Positions 46,559 through 56,208 of a stretch of DNA of 64,000 nt are shown piece after piece. The position numbers and the translations under genes are program-made. The notes under the pieces are model-generated. The model saw only the letters and a list, made by a program, of their open reading frames with translations, was not told the origin of the DNA and made no database searches. Source of the DNA: Bryobacterales bacterium (GTDB lineage Bacteria; Acidobacteriota; Terriglobia; Bryobacterales; Bryobacteraceae); assembly GCA_003166865.1 (NCBI GenBank), contig PMUP01000025.1, positions 240,094 through 304,093 of the forward strand. The letters run 5' to 3'. Position 1 is the stretch's first letter; each line of letters starts with the position of its first letter.

Positions 46559-48217
46559 ATGGCTGGTGTCGCGGCCAAATTCATACCTCGAGAATTATTG
46601 GTCCACACGCCGGATGGCGCCATCCGGCCACTGCTGCTGGATCGTGATCGCTATACGCTCGGCCGAAGCAGCGCCAATGAGCTTTGCTATCCCGAAGATG
46701 CCGGACTTTCCCGCCAGCACCTAGCCTTGGAAAGGGACGGCGATACCTGGACGGTGCGCGATTTAGGCAGCAAGAACGGCACCTTTGTGAATGGCGTCCG
46801 CATTACCAGCCCCTTCGCTTTGGGCAAGAACGATCGCGTCACGGCCGGCCACATCGCGCTCGATTTTGGCGAGAATTCGCTGCCGCCGCCCGCCGACAAC
46901 ACCGTCATCTTCATCGAAGGCTTGACGCCCACCACCTCGGTTTCCACCACTGTTGCCACCAGCCTGAAAGGTGTCCTCAGCCAGGAAAAGGAAATCGAAG
47001 GCGGCCCGCAGATGCGCGCGCTCATCCGCGCCGGCCGCGAGCTGGCGGGCAATATGCCGCTGACCGAGCTGTTCAAGCTCATCATGAATCTCTCGGTGGA
47101 GGCCGTGGGCGCGACGCGCGGCGTGCTGATGACGCTGGAAGGCAGCGAGCTGGTGGTTCGCGCGGCCTTGGGTGATGGCTTCCGCATCAGCAACGCGGTG
47201 CGCGATCGTGTCATCAAGGAAAAAACGTCGCTGCTGGTTCGCGACGCGCGTTTGGATGAAGCTTTCGCCGATCGCATGAGCATCGTCCAGCAGCAGATCC
47301 GCAGCATGCTCGCCGTCCCGCTCCAAACCGACGACCGCGTCATCGGGCTCATCTATCTCGATTCGCCGCACTTCATCAAGGAGTTCACCAAGGACGACTT
47401 GAGCTTGCTCACCGTCATGGCCAACGTAGCGGCCATCCGCATCGAGCACACGCGCTTGGCCGAAGTGGAGCAAGCCGAACGGATCCACGCCAAACAATTG
47501 GAGCAGGCCGCCGAGATCCAGCGCGGCTTGCTGCCGGTGCAAGCGCCCAACGTGCCTGGAGTGGACTTGGCCGGATACAACGCCGCGTGCCACACCGTGG
47601 GCGGCGATTACTACGACTTCCTGGTCTACCCGGACGGCCGCGTGGGACTGCTGGTGGGCGATGTGGCCGGAAAGGGAATGCCGGCCGCGCTCTTGATGTC
47701 CAGCTTGCAAGCCCGCGTGCAGGTGTTGTTCGACGACCCCACAGACCTGGCCGCGCTGGTCACCCGGCTGAACCGGATCATTACTTCCAACTGCCCATCC
47801 AACCGCTTCATCACCTTCTTCATCGGCATCCTGGACCCCAAGACCGGAGAGCTGACCTATGTGAACGCCGGCCACAATCCGCCGCTGGTGGCTCACGCCG
47901 ACGGCTCCGTGGATAAACTGGATGGCACTGGCTTGATTCTCGGTATTCTGCCCGTCGCCACTTACACGCAAAAGACCTGTACCTTGGCGCTAGGCGACGC
48001 CGTGCTCCTGTTCAGCGACGGCGTCAGCGAACCGGTGCGGCCGGACTCCGATGAAGAGTTTGGCGAAGATCGGCTGGCCCAGAGTTTCGCAAAGCTGCGG
48101 AATGAGGACGCGCAGTCGATTATCGACGCCATCAATATTGAGGTGCGCGAGTTCACCGCTGGAGTGCCGCTGCCGGACGACATCACGCTGGTGGTCGCGA
48201 AACGCTTGCCAATGTAA
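46559..48217 (+). CDS. FHA-GAF-PP2C (SpoIIE/RsbU-type) serine phosphatase
   Basis: 552 aa. N-terminal FHA (YTLGRSSANELCY...LSRQHLALER...WTVRDLGSKNGTFVNG), central GAF, C-terminal PP2C (GGDYYDF...DVAGKGMPAAL...SDG). Confidence 0.85.
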   Translation: MAGVAAKFIPRELLVHTPDGAIRPLLLDRDRYTLGRSSANELCYPEDAGLSRQHLALERDGDTWTVRDLGSKNGTFVNGVRITSPFALGKNDRVTAGHIALDFGENSLPPPADNTVIFIEGLTPTTSVSTTVATSLKGVLSQEKEIEGGPQMRALIRAGRELAGNMPLTELFKLIMNLSVEAVGATRGVLMTLEGSELVVRAALGDGFRISNAVRDRVIKEKTSLLVRDARLDEAFADRMSIVQQQIRSMLAVPLQTDDRVIGLIYLDSPHFIKEFTKDDLSLLTVMANVAAIRIEHTRLAEVEQAERIHAKQLEQAAEIQRGLLPVQAPNVPGVDLAGYNAACHTVGGDYYDFLVYPDGRVGLLVGDVAGKGMPAALLMSSLQARVQVLFDDPTDLAALVTRLNRIITSNCPSNRFITFFIGILDPKTGELTYVNAGHNPPLVAHADGSVDKLDGTGLILGILPVATYTQKTCTLALGDAVLLFSDGVSEPVRPDSDEEFGEDRLAQSFAKLRNEDAQSIIDAINIEVREFTAGVPLPDDITLVVAKRLPM

Positions 48218-48308
48218 TTCCCGTGCGATGACGCGGAAGCCACGAGCGCTCTCCGCGACATTGCGTGGCTTGGGGCCTCCCGAATATTACAACTCAGTTA
48301 CTTAGCGC

Positions 48309-48324
48309 TGGAACTCCGTTTGCA
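48309..48324 (+). promoter_or_regulatory. Candidate sigma-54 (-24/-12) promoter TGGAAC-N5-TTGCA
   Basis: TGGAACTCCGTTTGCA has exact GG-N10-GC spacing. It lies 23 nt upstream of the response-regulator ATG, and a sigma-54 EBP gene follows in the same operon. Confidence 0.55.
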
Positions 48325-48346
48325 CCTTAGCCGCGCAAGGAGATCC

Positions 48347-48745
48347 ATGCCGGTGAACAAGATCCGCGTGCTCGTCGCTGAGGACGATGAAGTAAATGCA
48401 CTAGCCGCCCGCACCATGCTAGAACAGCTCGGCTGTTCTGTCGACGTCGCAACTGATGGAACGCAAGCGGTGGAGCATTTTCGCAACCATGACTATGATT
48501 TGATTCTGATGGACTGGCAGATGCCGGTGATGGATGGCATCGAAGCCACCGCGCGCATCCGCGCCATGCCGGGCGGACCAGCCACGCCGATTGTCGGAAC
48601 CACCGCCGCGAAAGCGCCTGCCGAGTGCATGAAGGGCGGCATGAACGAGGTGGTGCCAAAGCCTTTTCTGTTTGAAAAAATGCGCTACGTACTCTCGCGT
48701 TGGACCCGCTGGACCGGCGCGCCGCCGAGGTCCCGCGAAGTCTGA
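48347..48745 (+). CDS. Single-domain CheY-like response regulator
   Basis: AAGGAGA RBS and ATG at 48347. [10 protein letters not shown]...[13 protein letters not shown]...KP pattern. Confidence 0.85.
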   Translation: MPVNKIRVLVAEDDEVNALAARTMLEQLGCSVDVATDGTQAVEHFRNHDYDLILMDWQMPVMDGIEATARIRAMPGGPATPIVGTTAAKAPAECMKGGMNEVVPKPFLFEKMRYVLSRWTRWTGAPPRSREV

Positions 48746-48812
48746 TTGCGGATGCTTCTTAGCTCGACTACAATTAGCGCAAGCCACTAAAGCCCGCAGC
48801 CACTGGAGCGCC

Positions 48813-50780
48813 ATGAGTCCCGCGAGTGAAGCGGATCGCTCTTTCGAACATATCGTATCCGAGTACGCACAGGCTGTGTCCGGCAAGACCGGCCAGGCCT
48901 TCTTCCGTTCATTGGTCCGGCATCTGGCGCATGCTCTGGACGCCGACTACGTGTTGGTGGGAGCGTTGCAGCCCGACGCTGAACGAATCGCGGCTTTAGC
49001 GGTCCATGGACTTGGTAGCGAGACGGCGGCCCTGGAATACCGTCTTGCCGGGACGCCATCCGCTCTGGTCGTCCAACCGCGGGTCTGCTCATATCCGAGC
49101 GGCGTGCGACAACTCTTCCCGCAAGACGATTTGCTGGCCGCTGTAAGGGCCGAGGGATACGTGGGATCGCCCCTGCTGGATTCGAGCGGTCGCTGCCTGG
49201 GCCTGATCTGCGCAATCACCCAGCGGCCGCTCGCGAACCCCCAGCTGGCCGAAGCGCTGCTCAAGATCTTCGCGACGCGCGCGGGAATTGAATTGGAGCG
49301 CAAGAACTATGAAGCCGCCCTGGCGCATAGCGAGGAGCGCTTTCGGGCCTTCGTCGTTCACGCCAACGAAGGCGTGATGTGGTGCAAACTGGAGCAGCCG
49401 CTTTCGATGGATCTGCCCGAAGATGAGCAGCTCGAGCATTTTTTCAAATACACGTATGTCGCGGACTGCAACGATCAGGCCGCGCGAATTTTCGGTTTCG
49501 CCAGAGCTGAAGATCTGATCGGCGCGCGGCTCGAGGTCGTCAGCTCGCGCTCGGATCCCGCATTTGTCGAGCGCTTGCGCGCCGGTATCCGCAGCGGCTG
49601 GGAGTCTTCTCAAGTGGAGAGAACCTTTCAGGGCCGCGATCTTCTGATGACTCGCAGCGGAGTGATCGAGAATGGCAAGCTGCAGTCCGTGTGGACGACG
49701 GCGCGCGACATCACCGCGCTCAAGCAGGCCGAAGCCGAAGTGCTGCGGTTGAATGAGGAGCTGAAGAGCCACTTGGAGGAGCTTACCTCGCTCAAAGCCC
49801 AGTTGGAGCAGGATAACGCGTACCTGCTGGACGAAATCCGGTCCGAGCACAACCTGGGCGACATGGTGGGCGCCAGCCCGAAGTTCCGCGAACTGACCGA
49901 ACGCATTCAGTTAGTGGCGTCCACGTCGGCAACAGTTCTGATTACCGGCGAAACCGGCACCGGCAAGGAGCTGGTGGCCCGGGCGATTCACAATCTTAGC
50001 CCCAGGAGCAGCCGGCCGCTGGTGAAGGTGAATTGCGCTGCCATCTCCGCCGGGCTGGTGGAGAGCGAACTGTTCGGACATGTCAAGGGCGCGTTCACCG
50101 GCGCCACGGAACGGCGCGTCGGCCGGTTCGAATACGCGAGCGGCGGAACCTTGTTTCTGGATGAAGTGACCGAGTTGCCGCTCGAAACTCAAGCCAAGCT
50201 GCTGCGAGTGCTGCAGGAGCAGGAATTCGAGCCGGTGGGATCGAATCGCACGCTGAAAGTGGATGTGCGGCTGCTCGCGGCAACCAACCGAAACCTGGCG
50301 GACCTGGTGCGAGAGGGCCGGTTTCGCATGGACCTCTACTATCGGCTGCTGGTGGTCCCCGTGGACGTGCCCCCGCTGCGCGAGCGTCGCGACGACATCC
50401 CGCTGCTGGCCTCCCATTTTGTGCAGCGCGTGTCGCGGCAGTTCGGCCGGCATGTGGAGAGGATCTCGGAACGCATGCTAGGCGAGTTGGTCGCATACGA
50501 TTGGCCGGGCAACATCCGCGAACTTGAAAACTTCCTGGCACGGGCCATCGTTCTTTGTCCCGGCGATACCCTGGATATGCCACTGCTCGCGGCGGAATCG
50601 GGCGCGCCGAAGGCAAATCATTCTCGCAGCCTGGAAGCCACCGAGCGGAAACACATTGAGAGTGTGCTGGCGACGACGGGCTGGCTCATCGAGGGTCCCA
50701 AGGGCGCAGCCGCGATTCTCAAGATGAACCCCAGCACGCTGCGCAGCCGGATGCGGCGGCTGGGGATTCAGCGCCCATGA
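48813..50780 (+). CDS. Sigma-54-dependent transcriptional activator (GAF-PAS-AAA+-Fis HTH)
   Basis: GETGTGKE Walker A, GAFTGA motif, C-terminal HTH ([21 protein letters not shown]). ATG at 48813 chosen. Confidence 0.9.
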   Translation: MSPASEADRSFEHIVSEYAQAVSGKTGQAFFRSLVRHLAHALDADYVLVGALQPDAERIAALAVHGLGSETAALEYRLAGTPSALVVQPRVCSYPSGVRQLFPQDDLLAAVRAEGYVGSPLLDSSGRCLGLICAITQRPLANPQLAEALLKIFATRAGIELERKNYEAALAHSEERFRAFVVHANEGVMWCKLEQPLSMDLPEDEQLEHFFKYTYVADCNDQAARIFGFARAEDLIGARLEVVSSRSDPAFVERLRAGIRSGWESSQVERTFQGRDLLMTRSGVIENGKLQSVWTTARDITALKQAEAEVLRLNEELKSHLEELTSLKAQLEQDNAYLLDEIRSEHNLGDMVGASPKFRELTERIQLVASTSATVLITGETGTGKELVARAIHNLSPRSSRPLVKVNCAAISAGLVESELFGHVKGAFTGATERRVGRFEYASGGTLFLDEVTELPLETQAKLLRVLQEQEFEPVGSNRTLKVDVRLLAATNRNLADLVREGRFRMDLYYRLLVVPVDVPPLRERRDDIPLLASHFVQRVSRQFGRHVERISERMLGELVAYDWPGNIRELENFLARAIVLCPGDTLDMPLLAAESGAPKANHSRSLEATERKHIESVLATTGWLIEGPKGAAAILKMNPSTLRSRMRRLGIQRP

Positions 50781-50816
50781 CTTGCTCCAGCTTCCTCGTG
50801 ATTCTCTACGTATCGT

Positions 50817-51566
50817 TTACTCCACGATCTTCGGCACGATCACCAGAATCAGCGCATCACCCGCGCCGTTCACGCTGGATTTGCCCACTACGGTTTTTTG
50901 GCCTTCGCGAACGTCCAGGTCCGTAAAGATTCTGGCCGGAGTTTGCGTGTGATCGGTGGTTACGTTGTCTTTGCTGGTGGTGGTGACGGTTGGGCCGCGC
51001 AGACTGAACCCAAGCGCATTGATGTGGACTGTTCTCGGATCCCCGGAAGAAACCTCCAGGCTGTTGTAAGTCAAGCGGTAGCTCAGGTTGGTTGTACCGG
51101 GAAGCACGCCCTCGGTTTCCGTATCCCTGCCGTTATACGGCCTGCCGGAGCGTCCGCGGAGCACCAGGGTGTCGGACAACTTATAGCTTTTGTATGCGAA
51201 CAGCCCATGCAATTGCTTGACGGTCGAAGCAAGCTCCTGAGGCACGTCATCGGTTCCCTGGCCTTGCGCAACGCCGGAAATCAGATAAACGGTCAACTCA
51301 ACATCCGGCTCGGAGGAAAGCGGCACATCCAGCTTCTGAATGGCGGCGGTGATGGCGGCCACAAGATCCGTCGGGCCGGAGACTCCGATCACATGCAGGG
51401 AGGAGTCCGCTTTGATGTTCCCCCCATATATCGGCTTGAGCAGATCTGTCACACGGTTCACGTCGGCGTACTTCACCTCAATGATCGCTTGCGTATTCTT
51501 AGGTGGCTCCTGAGCCCAACCCGCAGCCGTCATCAGCAACAATCCAATTCCAATTGTTAGCTTCAT
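50817..51566 (-). CDS. Secreted hypothetical protein (N-terminal region faintly secretin-N/STN-like)
   Basis: AAAGGAGAT RBS. Signal peptide MKLTIGIGLLLMTAAGWAQE. It is the last gene of the ECF sigma/anti-sigma operon. Confidence 0.55.
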   Translation of the reverse strand: MKLTIGIGLLLMTAAGWAQEPPKNTQAIIEVKYADVNRVTDLLKPIYGGNIKADSSLHVIGVSGPTDLVAAITAAIQKLDVPLSSEPDVELTVYLISGVAQGQGTDDVPQELASTVKQLHGLFAYKSYKLSDTLVLRGRSGRPYNGRDTETEGVLPGTTNLSYRLTYNSLEVSSGDPRTVHINALGFSLRGPTVTTTSKDNVTTDHTQTPARIFTDLDVREGQKTVVGKSSVNGAGDALILVIVPKIVE

Positions 51567-51577
51567 TAGGATCTCCT

Positions 51578-52033
51578 TTAATCGACTATCCAATACACGA
51601 CGACGTCCGGATCGGGCGTCAGCATTTTCACCAGCAGCGGCTCCGCTACCGGCGCATTTCGGCGAGCACGCTTCGGCTTGCTGCGCACAGCCAGCTTGGC
51701 CGCTGGCGCGGGAGCGAGCTTAGCCGTCACGGTCGCAGGCGCGGCGACTTGCCGAGGTAGCGTTTCCACGATGGGTCGCCGCTGCGATGCCTGATGCGCG
51801 ATCAGCGCTAGCAGAGCCGCGGCTGCCGCAGCCGCAATCCAAGGAATAGCGGGCCGGCGCTTCGGCGTTCTTACTCTCGGCAACTCGTCGTCCCTGAGCG
51901 AACTTAGTGCCAGCGCGTTCTCCCGCAATTCTTCCTGGAGCGCCCGGCACTTCGCGCAACCGTGCAAGTGATCTTCGACGGACGCGTCGGCTTCATCATC
52001 CGCCAACAACAACTCACATTCCGGACACGTCAT
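51578..52033 (-). CDS. Anti-sigma factor (zf-HC2 type, single TM)
   Basis: MTCPECELLL...HLHGCAKCR zinc-finger motif. Its start overlaps the sigma-factor stop. Confidence 0.75.
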   Translation of the reverse strand: MTCPECELLLADDEADASVEDHLHGCAKCRALQEELRENALALSSLRDDELPRVRTPKRRPAIPWIAAAAAAALLALIAHQASQRRPIVETLPRQVAAPATVTAKLAPAPAAKLAVRSKPKRARRNAPVAEPLLVKMLTPDPDVVVYWIVD

Positions 52034-52557
52034 TGCCGGCTCCTCACATATTTCGCCAACTTCACACGCGCGGTCGAGATGTGGCTGCGCACGGTCCCCT
52101 CTTCCACGCCCAGTATTGCCGCGGTCTCGGCCGTCGAAAGGCCTTCGATGTCCCGCAATACCACGGAGGTCCGCTCCCGTTCCGGCAGAGTGGCCAGCCC
52201 ATCCATCAGCAAGCGCTTTCGTTCGTCGAGCGTAACCGCACGCTCCGGATCGGGCGCCGGGTCAGCCCGATGCTCGTCCAGTTCTGCTACCGGCATCCGC
52301 CTTCGGTGATGATCGTTGCAAACGTTCACCGTCACCCGGTATAACCACGCCTTGGGATCGCCACCCATCCGGCCCAGATTCCGGAACAGCCGCAGAAAAA
52401 CTTCCTGGGCCGCGTCCTGCGCGTCCTCCAAACCGCCCAGCAGGCGGTACGCCGTCCGCAGCACCATGCGCTCATGAGCGGCTACCAACCCCTCAAAAAC
52501 CCGTCCGCCGGCGCTCTCTGTTGGGAAGATCGGCAGTGTTAACTCTCCGGCTGTCAC
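52030..52557 (-). CDS. ECF-family RNA polymerase sigma-70 factor
   Basis: 175 aa with region 2 (DAQDAAQEVFLRLF) and region 4 (LSTAETAAILGVEEGTVRSHISTARVKL). Confidence 0.9.
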   Translation of the reverse strand: MTAGELTLPIFPTESAGGRVFEGLVAAHERMVLRTAYRLLGGLEDAQDAAQEVFLRLFRNLGRMGGDPKAWLYRVTVNVCNDHHRRRMPVAELDEHRADPAPDPERAVTLDERKRLLMDGLATLPERERTSVVLRDIEGLSTAETAAILGVEEGTVRSHISTARVKLAKYVRSRQ

Positions 52558-52654
52558 TTCACAGGGATATACGCTCGGCGAGCCGGATTCGTTGAGTACT
52601 ATTTACTTTGACCGTAGCGCCCGGCCATTCGGGGGGCGGCCTGCGATGGTTTTT

Positions 52655-52831
52655 TCAAAGCCTGCGGCTAATGCTCGCTGATGGGCTTGCGACGGCGGTA
52701 CCAGATATGTTCTCTGGCGCCATATAGGGCAGCGTCCGGGGAATTGGCAAGCGACGCTGCGAAATCAGCCAGTCCAGAATCCCGTGGGCGTCGCGCTCTG
52801 CCTCCTCGGTTATCTCAACGCGAAAAGCCAT
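52655..52831 (-). pseudogene. Probable decayed ParE/RelE-type toxin remnant (58 codons)
   Basis: The ATG overlaps the antitoxin 3' end. The N-terminus MAFRVEITEEAERDAHGILDWLISQ looks ParE-like. The ORF closes after 58 codons, and the rest does not look ParE-like in this frame. It is below the ORF-track length cutoff. Confidence 0.4.
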
Positions 52832-53054
52832 GCTTCTCGCGTAGCTCTTCGAGGAATTCAGCGGCGGGCCGGGTGCGTCCCGCCTTCACATCCTCAAGGC
52901 CCCGGCGAATTGCTTCCACCGATTCCTCATATTCCTGCCGCTCCCATTCCAAATACTCAGCCAAAGCGTCATCGAGCGCGGCGGCGGGGTCTTTCCCGTG
53001 CCGTTGTGCGTATTCCTCCAGCTGGGCCTTGCGTTCTGGTTTGATGGGGATCAC
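52815..53054 (-). CDS. ParD-like type II antitoxin
   Basis: 79 aa. ...ESVEAIRRGLEDVKAGRTRPAAEFLEELREKHG is typical of the ParD/COG3609 C-terminal half. Confidence 0.6.
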   Translation of the reverse strand: MIPIKPERKAQLEEYAQRHGKDPAAALDDALAEYLEWERQEYEESVEAIRRGLEDVKAGRTRPAAEFLEELREKHGFSR

Positions 53055-53083
53055 GCTTCACCGCTGCAAGCATCTGGGCCAGG

Positions 53084-53908
53084 CTAGTTGCTGATCTTGT
53101 GTTTCTTGAGCCACTTGAAAATCTGCGGCCACAACTCATCCATCTCCTGAAGCGTGAAGCCGTGCTTCCCTCCAGGAACGGTGATCAACTCCGCGTCGCC
53201 GCCCGCGCTCCTGATCGCCTTTATGAGATTCACGCTCTGCTCGTAGGGCACCAACGGATCCGCGTCGCCATGCAGCGCGAGAATGGGCGGCAGTCCTTTG
53301 CGCACGTAGGTCGCGGGCGACATCCGGTGCGCCAATTCCAAGCGATTCGGCTGCTCTGGAATCCATTGGGCAGCGTATTCTCTGGCGTTCGGGCCTGCGA
53401 GTTGATCGGCCACGTCGGCGATGCCGAAAAAATCGATCACGCCCGCGATCTTGACGGCCGGCGTCATCCCAACCATGAGCGCGAGATGCCCTCCGGCGGA
53501 TGCGCCGCTGACCAGAATCCGGTTGGGATCAACTTTGTATTTAGCGGCGTGATCGAGGAACCACTGGGCTGCTTGGAGCACATCGGTCACCGCAGCCGGC
53601 GCGGGCCCTGCTTTCGCTAGCCGGTATTCGACATTCGCCACCACGAAGCCATGCCGGATGAACGGAAGGCAAAAGCTGTCCAGCATGCCCTCTTTGTCGC
53701 CTTGCACCCAGCCTCCGCCGTGGATGACGATCACGCCGGGACGATTCCCGAGCGTGGGCGCGCTCGGCTGCAAAATGTCCAGCACGGTTTCGGGATATTT
53801 GTCGTAACGGATGTTTGCTTCGATCTGGTAATCCAGCGCGGAAGCAACGGAACAGAAGGCGAGCAATAATGAAGCAGAACACCAAATGAAACGGCGTCTC
53901 ACAATCAT
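53084..53908 (-). CDS. Secreted alpha/beta hydrolase (esterase/lipase, HGGG type)
   Basis: HGGGW oxyanion motif and GASAGGH nucleophile elbow. The signal peptide begins at ATG 53908. Confidence 0.85.
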   Translation of the reverse strand: MIVRRRFIWCSASLLLAFCSVASALDYQIEANIRYDKYPETVLDILQPSAPTLGNRPGVIVIHGGGWVQGDKEGMLDSFCLPFIRHGFVVANVEYRLAKAGPAPAAVTDVLQAAQWFLDHAAKYKVDPNRILVSGASAGGHLALMVGMTPAVKIAGVIDFFGIADVADQLAGPNAREYAAQWIPEQPNRLELAHRMSPATYVRKGLPPILALHGDADPLVPYEQSVNLIKAIRSAGGDAELITVPGGKHGFTLQEMDELWPQIFKWLKKHKISN

Positions 53909-54701
53909 CAGTTTACTCTGGGCCTTTCTGAGCCCTCTTGGCGCCGGCGATCCTGGGCCGCCCATCGGCAGCCGATTTCCGGAGCGCGGTCTAAAGAGCA
54001 CGCTCGGACCGAAGGGCGCGTTGATTTTGGCTTACCAGTCCGCGGAGCCGGAGCCTTCCGAGATCCAACAGAATCAGGAAGCATTCCGAAAACTTGGGTT
54101 AGGAATCGCCGCGGTCCCCTCGAAGATTCACCCCGGATGGTACGTCCTGGATGCTCGTGGCATCATCATGTCTAAGTATTTCGACGACCACGCCCGTTAT
54201 ACGCCGGCCGCGATTTTGGTTCACCAGTTCGGATGGACGCCGCCCGAACCGGGCACCGAAGTCGAAGGCAAGCAGCTCAGCGCGAAGGCCGGCGCAAGCA
54301 ACGCCACGGTCGCGCCGGGACAGCGCGTCGCTTTGATGCTGGACGTCGATCTCAATCCCAACATGCACGTGTATGCGCCCGGCATCGGCGGCGGCTACAT
54401 CTCGATCGACTGGAAAATGCAAGATTCCCCGGCCGCAAACGTGCACCCGGCGATTTTCCCGCGCTCCGAGAAGCTGTATCTCAAGGCCATCGCCGAAACC
54501 GTGCCCGCCTATCGCGGCCATTTCCGCCTGACGCGCGACATCACCATTCCTCAAGAGGACCAGCTCCGGCCGGCGATCGACGCCTCCGGACGCTTTACGG
54601 TACCCGGATCGCTTCGCTATCAAGCTTGCGACGACCGCGTTTGCTACATCCCGCAAGAGCTGCATCTCACATGGGTGTTTCAAGCGGAAAATAAACCCTA
54701 G
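53886..54701 (+). CDS. Exported protein with DsbD-N/DsbC(pfam11412)-like domain
   Basis: Signal peptide. ...NMHVYAPG...ISIDW... and a C-terminal YQACDDRVCYIP motif. Confidence 0.55.
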   Translation: MKRRLTIISLLWAFLSPLGAGDPGPPIGSRFPERGLKSTLGPKGALILAYQSAEPEPSEIQQNQEAFRKLGLGIAAVPSKIHPGWYVLDARGIIMSKYFDDHARYTPAAILVHQFGWTPPEPGTEVEGKQLSAKAGASNATVAPGQRVALMLDVDLNPNMHVYAPGIGGGYISIDWKMQDSPAANVHPAIFPRSEKLYLKAIAETVPAYRGHFRLTRDITIPQEDQLRPAIDASGRFTVPGSLRYQACDDRVCYIPQELHLTWVFQAENKP

Positions 54702-54800
54702 GCACTCCGTCTTAGTACTCCCCTAGGACCAAATTAGTACTATGAGTTCTTGGGCTGCGCTGTGCTCTTTGCTAGGGTAGGGAAGGAGATCACACGCGGA

Positions 54801-56165
54801 ATGAAAGTATCAATCATTGGAACTGGTTATGTCGGCTTGACCACGGGAGTGTGCCTGGGCTTCCTGGGGCACAAAGTCACTTGTATTGACACCGATGAAA
54901 AGAAAATCGCTCTCTTGCGCTCTGGTAAGACGCCGATCTACGAGCCGTTCCTCACTGAGTTGATGGCGGCCGCGCAGCCGAACCTCCAGTTCTGCACCGA
55001 ATACGCAGGCGCGGTCAAGAACGCCGATGTCATCTTTATCGCCGTGGGAACGCCTCCTTCTCCCGATGGCAGCCCGGACTTGCGGTACCTCAGCGAAGCC
55101 GCGCGAGGAATCGGCAAGCACTATGATGGGGATTTCCTGGTGGTTGTGAACAAGTCCACCGTGCCGATCGGCAGCGGCAACTGGGTAGGATCCCTGGTGC
55201 GCGAATCTTTCGAGCAGCAGCATGGCCACAAGGCCAACGGGCACTTTTCAGTGGCGTCCAATCCCGAGTTCCTGCGGGAAGGCTCGGCGCTGCACGACAG
55301 TCTCTATCCGGACCGCGTGGTCATCGGTTCCGACAACAACCGCGCGCTCGAGGTGCTGTACTCGTTGTATCGTCCCATTCTCGATCAGACGTTCGCTCCT
55401 CCGCCTTACCTGCCGCGGCCGGAAGGTGTTGGCGCGGTCCCTCTGATTTCCACCGACTTGGCCTCTGCTGAACTCATCAAGTATGCCGCCAACGCGTTTC
55501 TCGCCACCAAGATCTCCTACATCAATGAAATCGGCCAACTGGCCGAGAAGGTTGGCGCGGACATCGCGCAAGTGGCCAAAGGAATCGGGCTGGACGCTCG
55601 CATCGGAACGCGCTTCCTGCAAGCTGGCATCGGCTGGGGCGGCTCCTGTTTTGGGAAGGACACCTCGGCCTTGGTGGCAACGGCGCGGGAATACAGCCTG
55701 GGGATGCCCATCGTGGAAGCCGCGCGCGAAGTCAATCGCCGCCAACGCGATCGCGTCGTCGAGAAGCTGCTGGGCGAACTGAAGATTCTCAAAGGCCGCA
55801 CCATCGGGCTGCTGGGCCTGGCTTTCAAGCCCAATACCGACGATCTGCGCGAAGCGCCGGCCATCGACATCGCCCGCAAGCTGCTGGAGCGCGGTTGTAA
55901 GGTGAAGGTCCACGATCCGGTGGCGCTGGAACGTTTTGAGCGCGAATATCCGGACCTGGCCGTGGTGTGCTGCGAATCGCCGGAGGACACCGCCGACGAC
56001 GTGGACGCACTGGTTCTGGTGACCGAATGGCAGGAATACCGCGAGCTGAACTGGGAAGTGATTGCCAGCCGCATGCGAACGCCGCTCATCCTGGATGGAC
56101 GCAACGCGCTGGATCGGTCGCGCCTGGAGCGGTTCGGCTTCCGCTACTTGGGAATCGCGGGCTAA
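54801..56165 (+). CDS. ugd: UDP-glucose 6-dehydrogenase
   Basis: GGAAGGAGA RBS. MKVSIIGTGYVGLTTG Rossmann motif. Catalytic region GWGGSCFGKD. Confidence 0.95.
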   Translation: MKVSIIGTGYVGLTTGVCLGFLGHKVTCIDTDEKKIALLRSGKTPIYEPFLTELMAAAQPNLQFCTEYAGAVKNADVIFIAVGTPPSPDGSPDLRYLSEAARGIGKHYDGDFLVVVNKSTVPIGSGNWVGSLVRESFEQQHGHKANGHFSVASNPEFLREGSALHDSLYPDRVVIGSDNNRALEVLYSLYRPILDQTFAPPPYLPRPEGVGAVPLISTDLASAELIKYAANAFLATKISYINEIGQLAEKVGADIAQVAKGIGLDARIGTRFLQAGIGWGGSCFGKDTSALVATAREYSLGMPIVEAAREVNRRQRDRVVEKLLGELKILKGRTIGLLGLAFKPNTDDLREAPAIDIARKLLERGCKVKVHDPVALERFEREYPDLAVVCCESPEDTADDVDALVLVTEWQEYRELNWEVIASRMRTPLILDGRNALDRSRLERFGFRYLGIAG

Positions 56166-56208
56166 CCCCGGGACCACACACTGCAAGAGATCGTCGTTTC
56201 GCGCGAGA

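Noticed and set aside
46763-47971. 402-aa minus-strand ORF
   Set aside because: It is antisense to the FHA-GAF-PP2C gene, with shadow-ORF composition.
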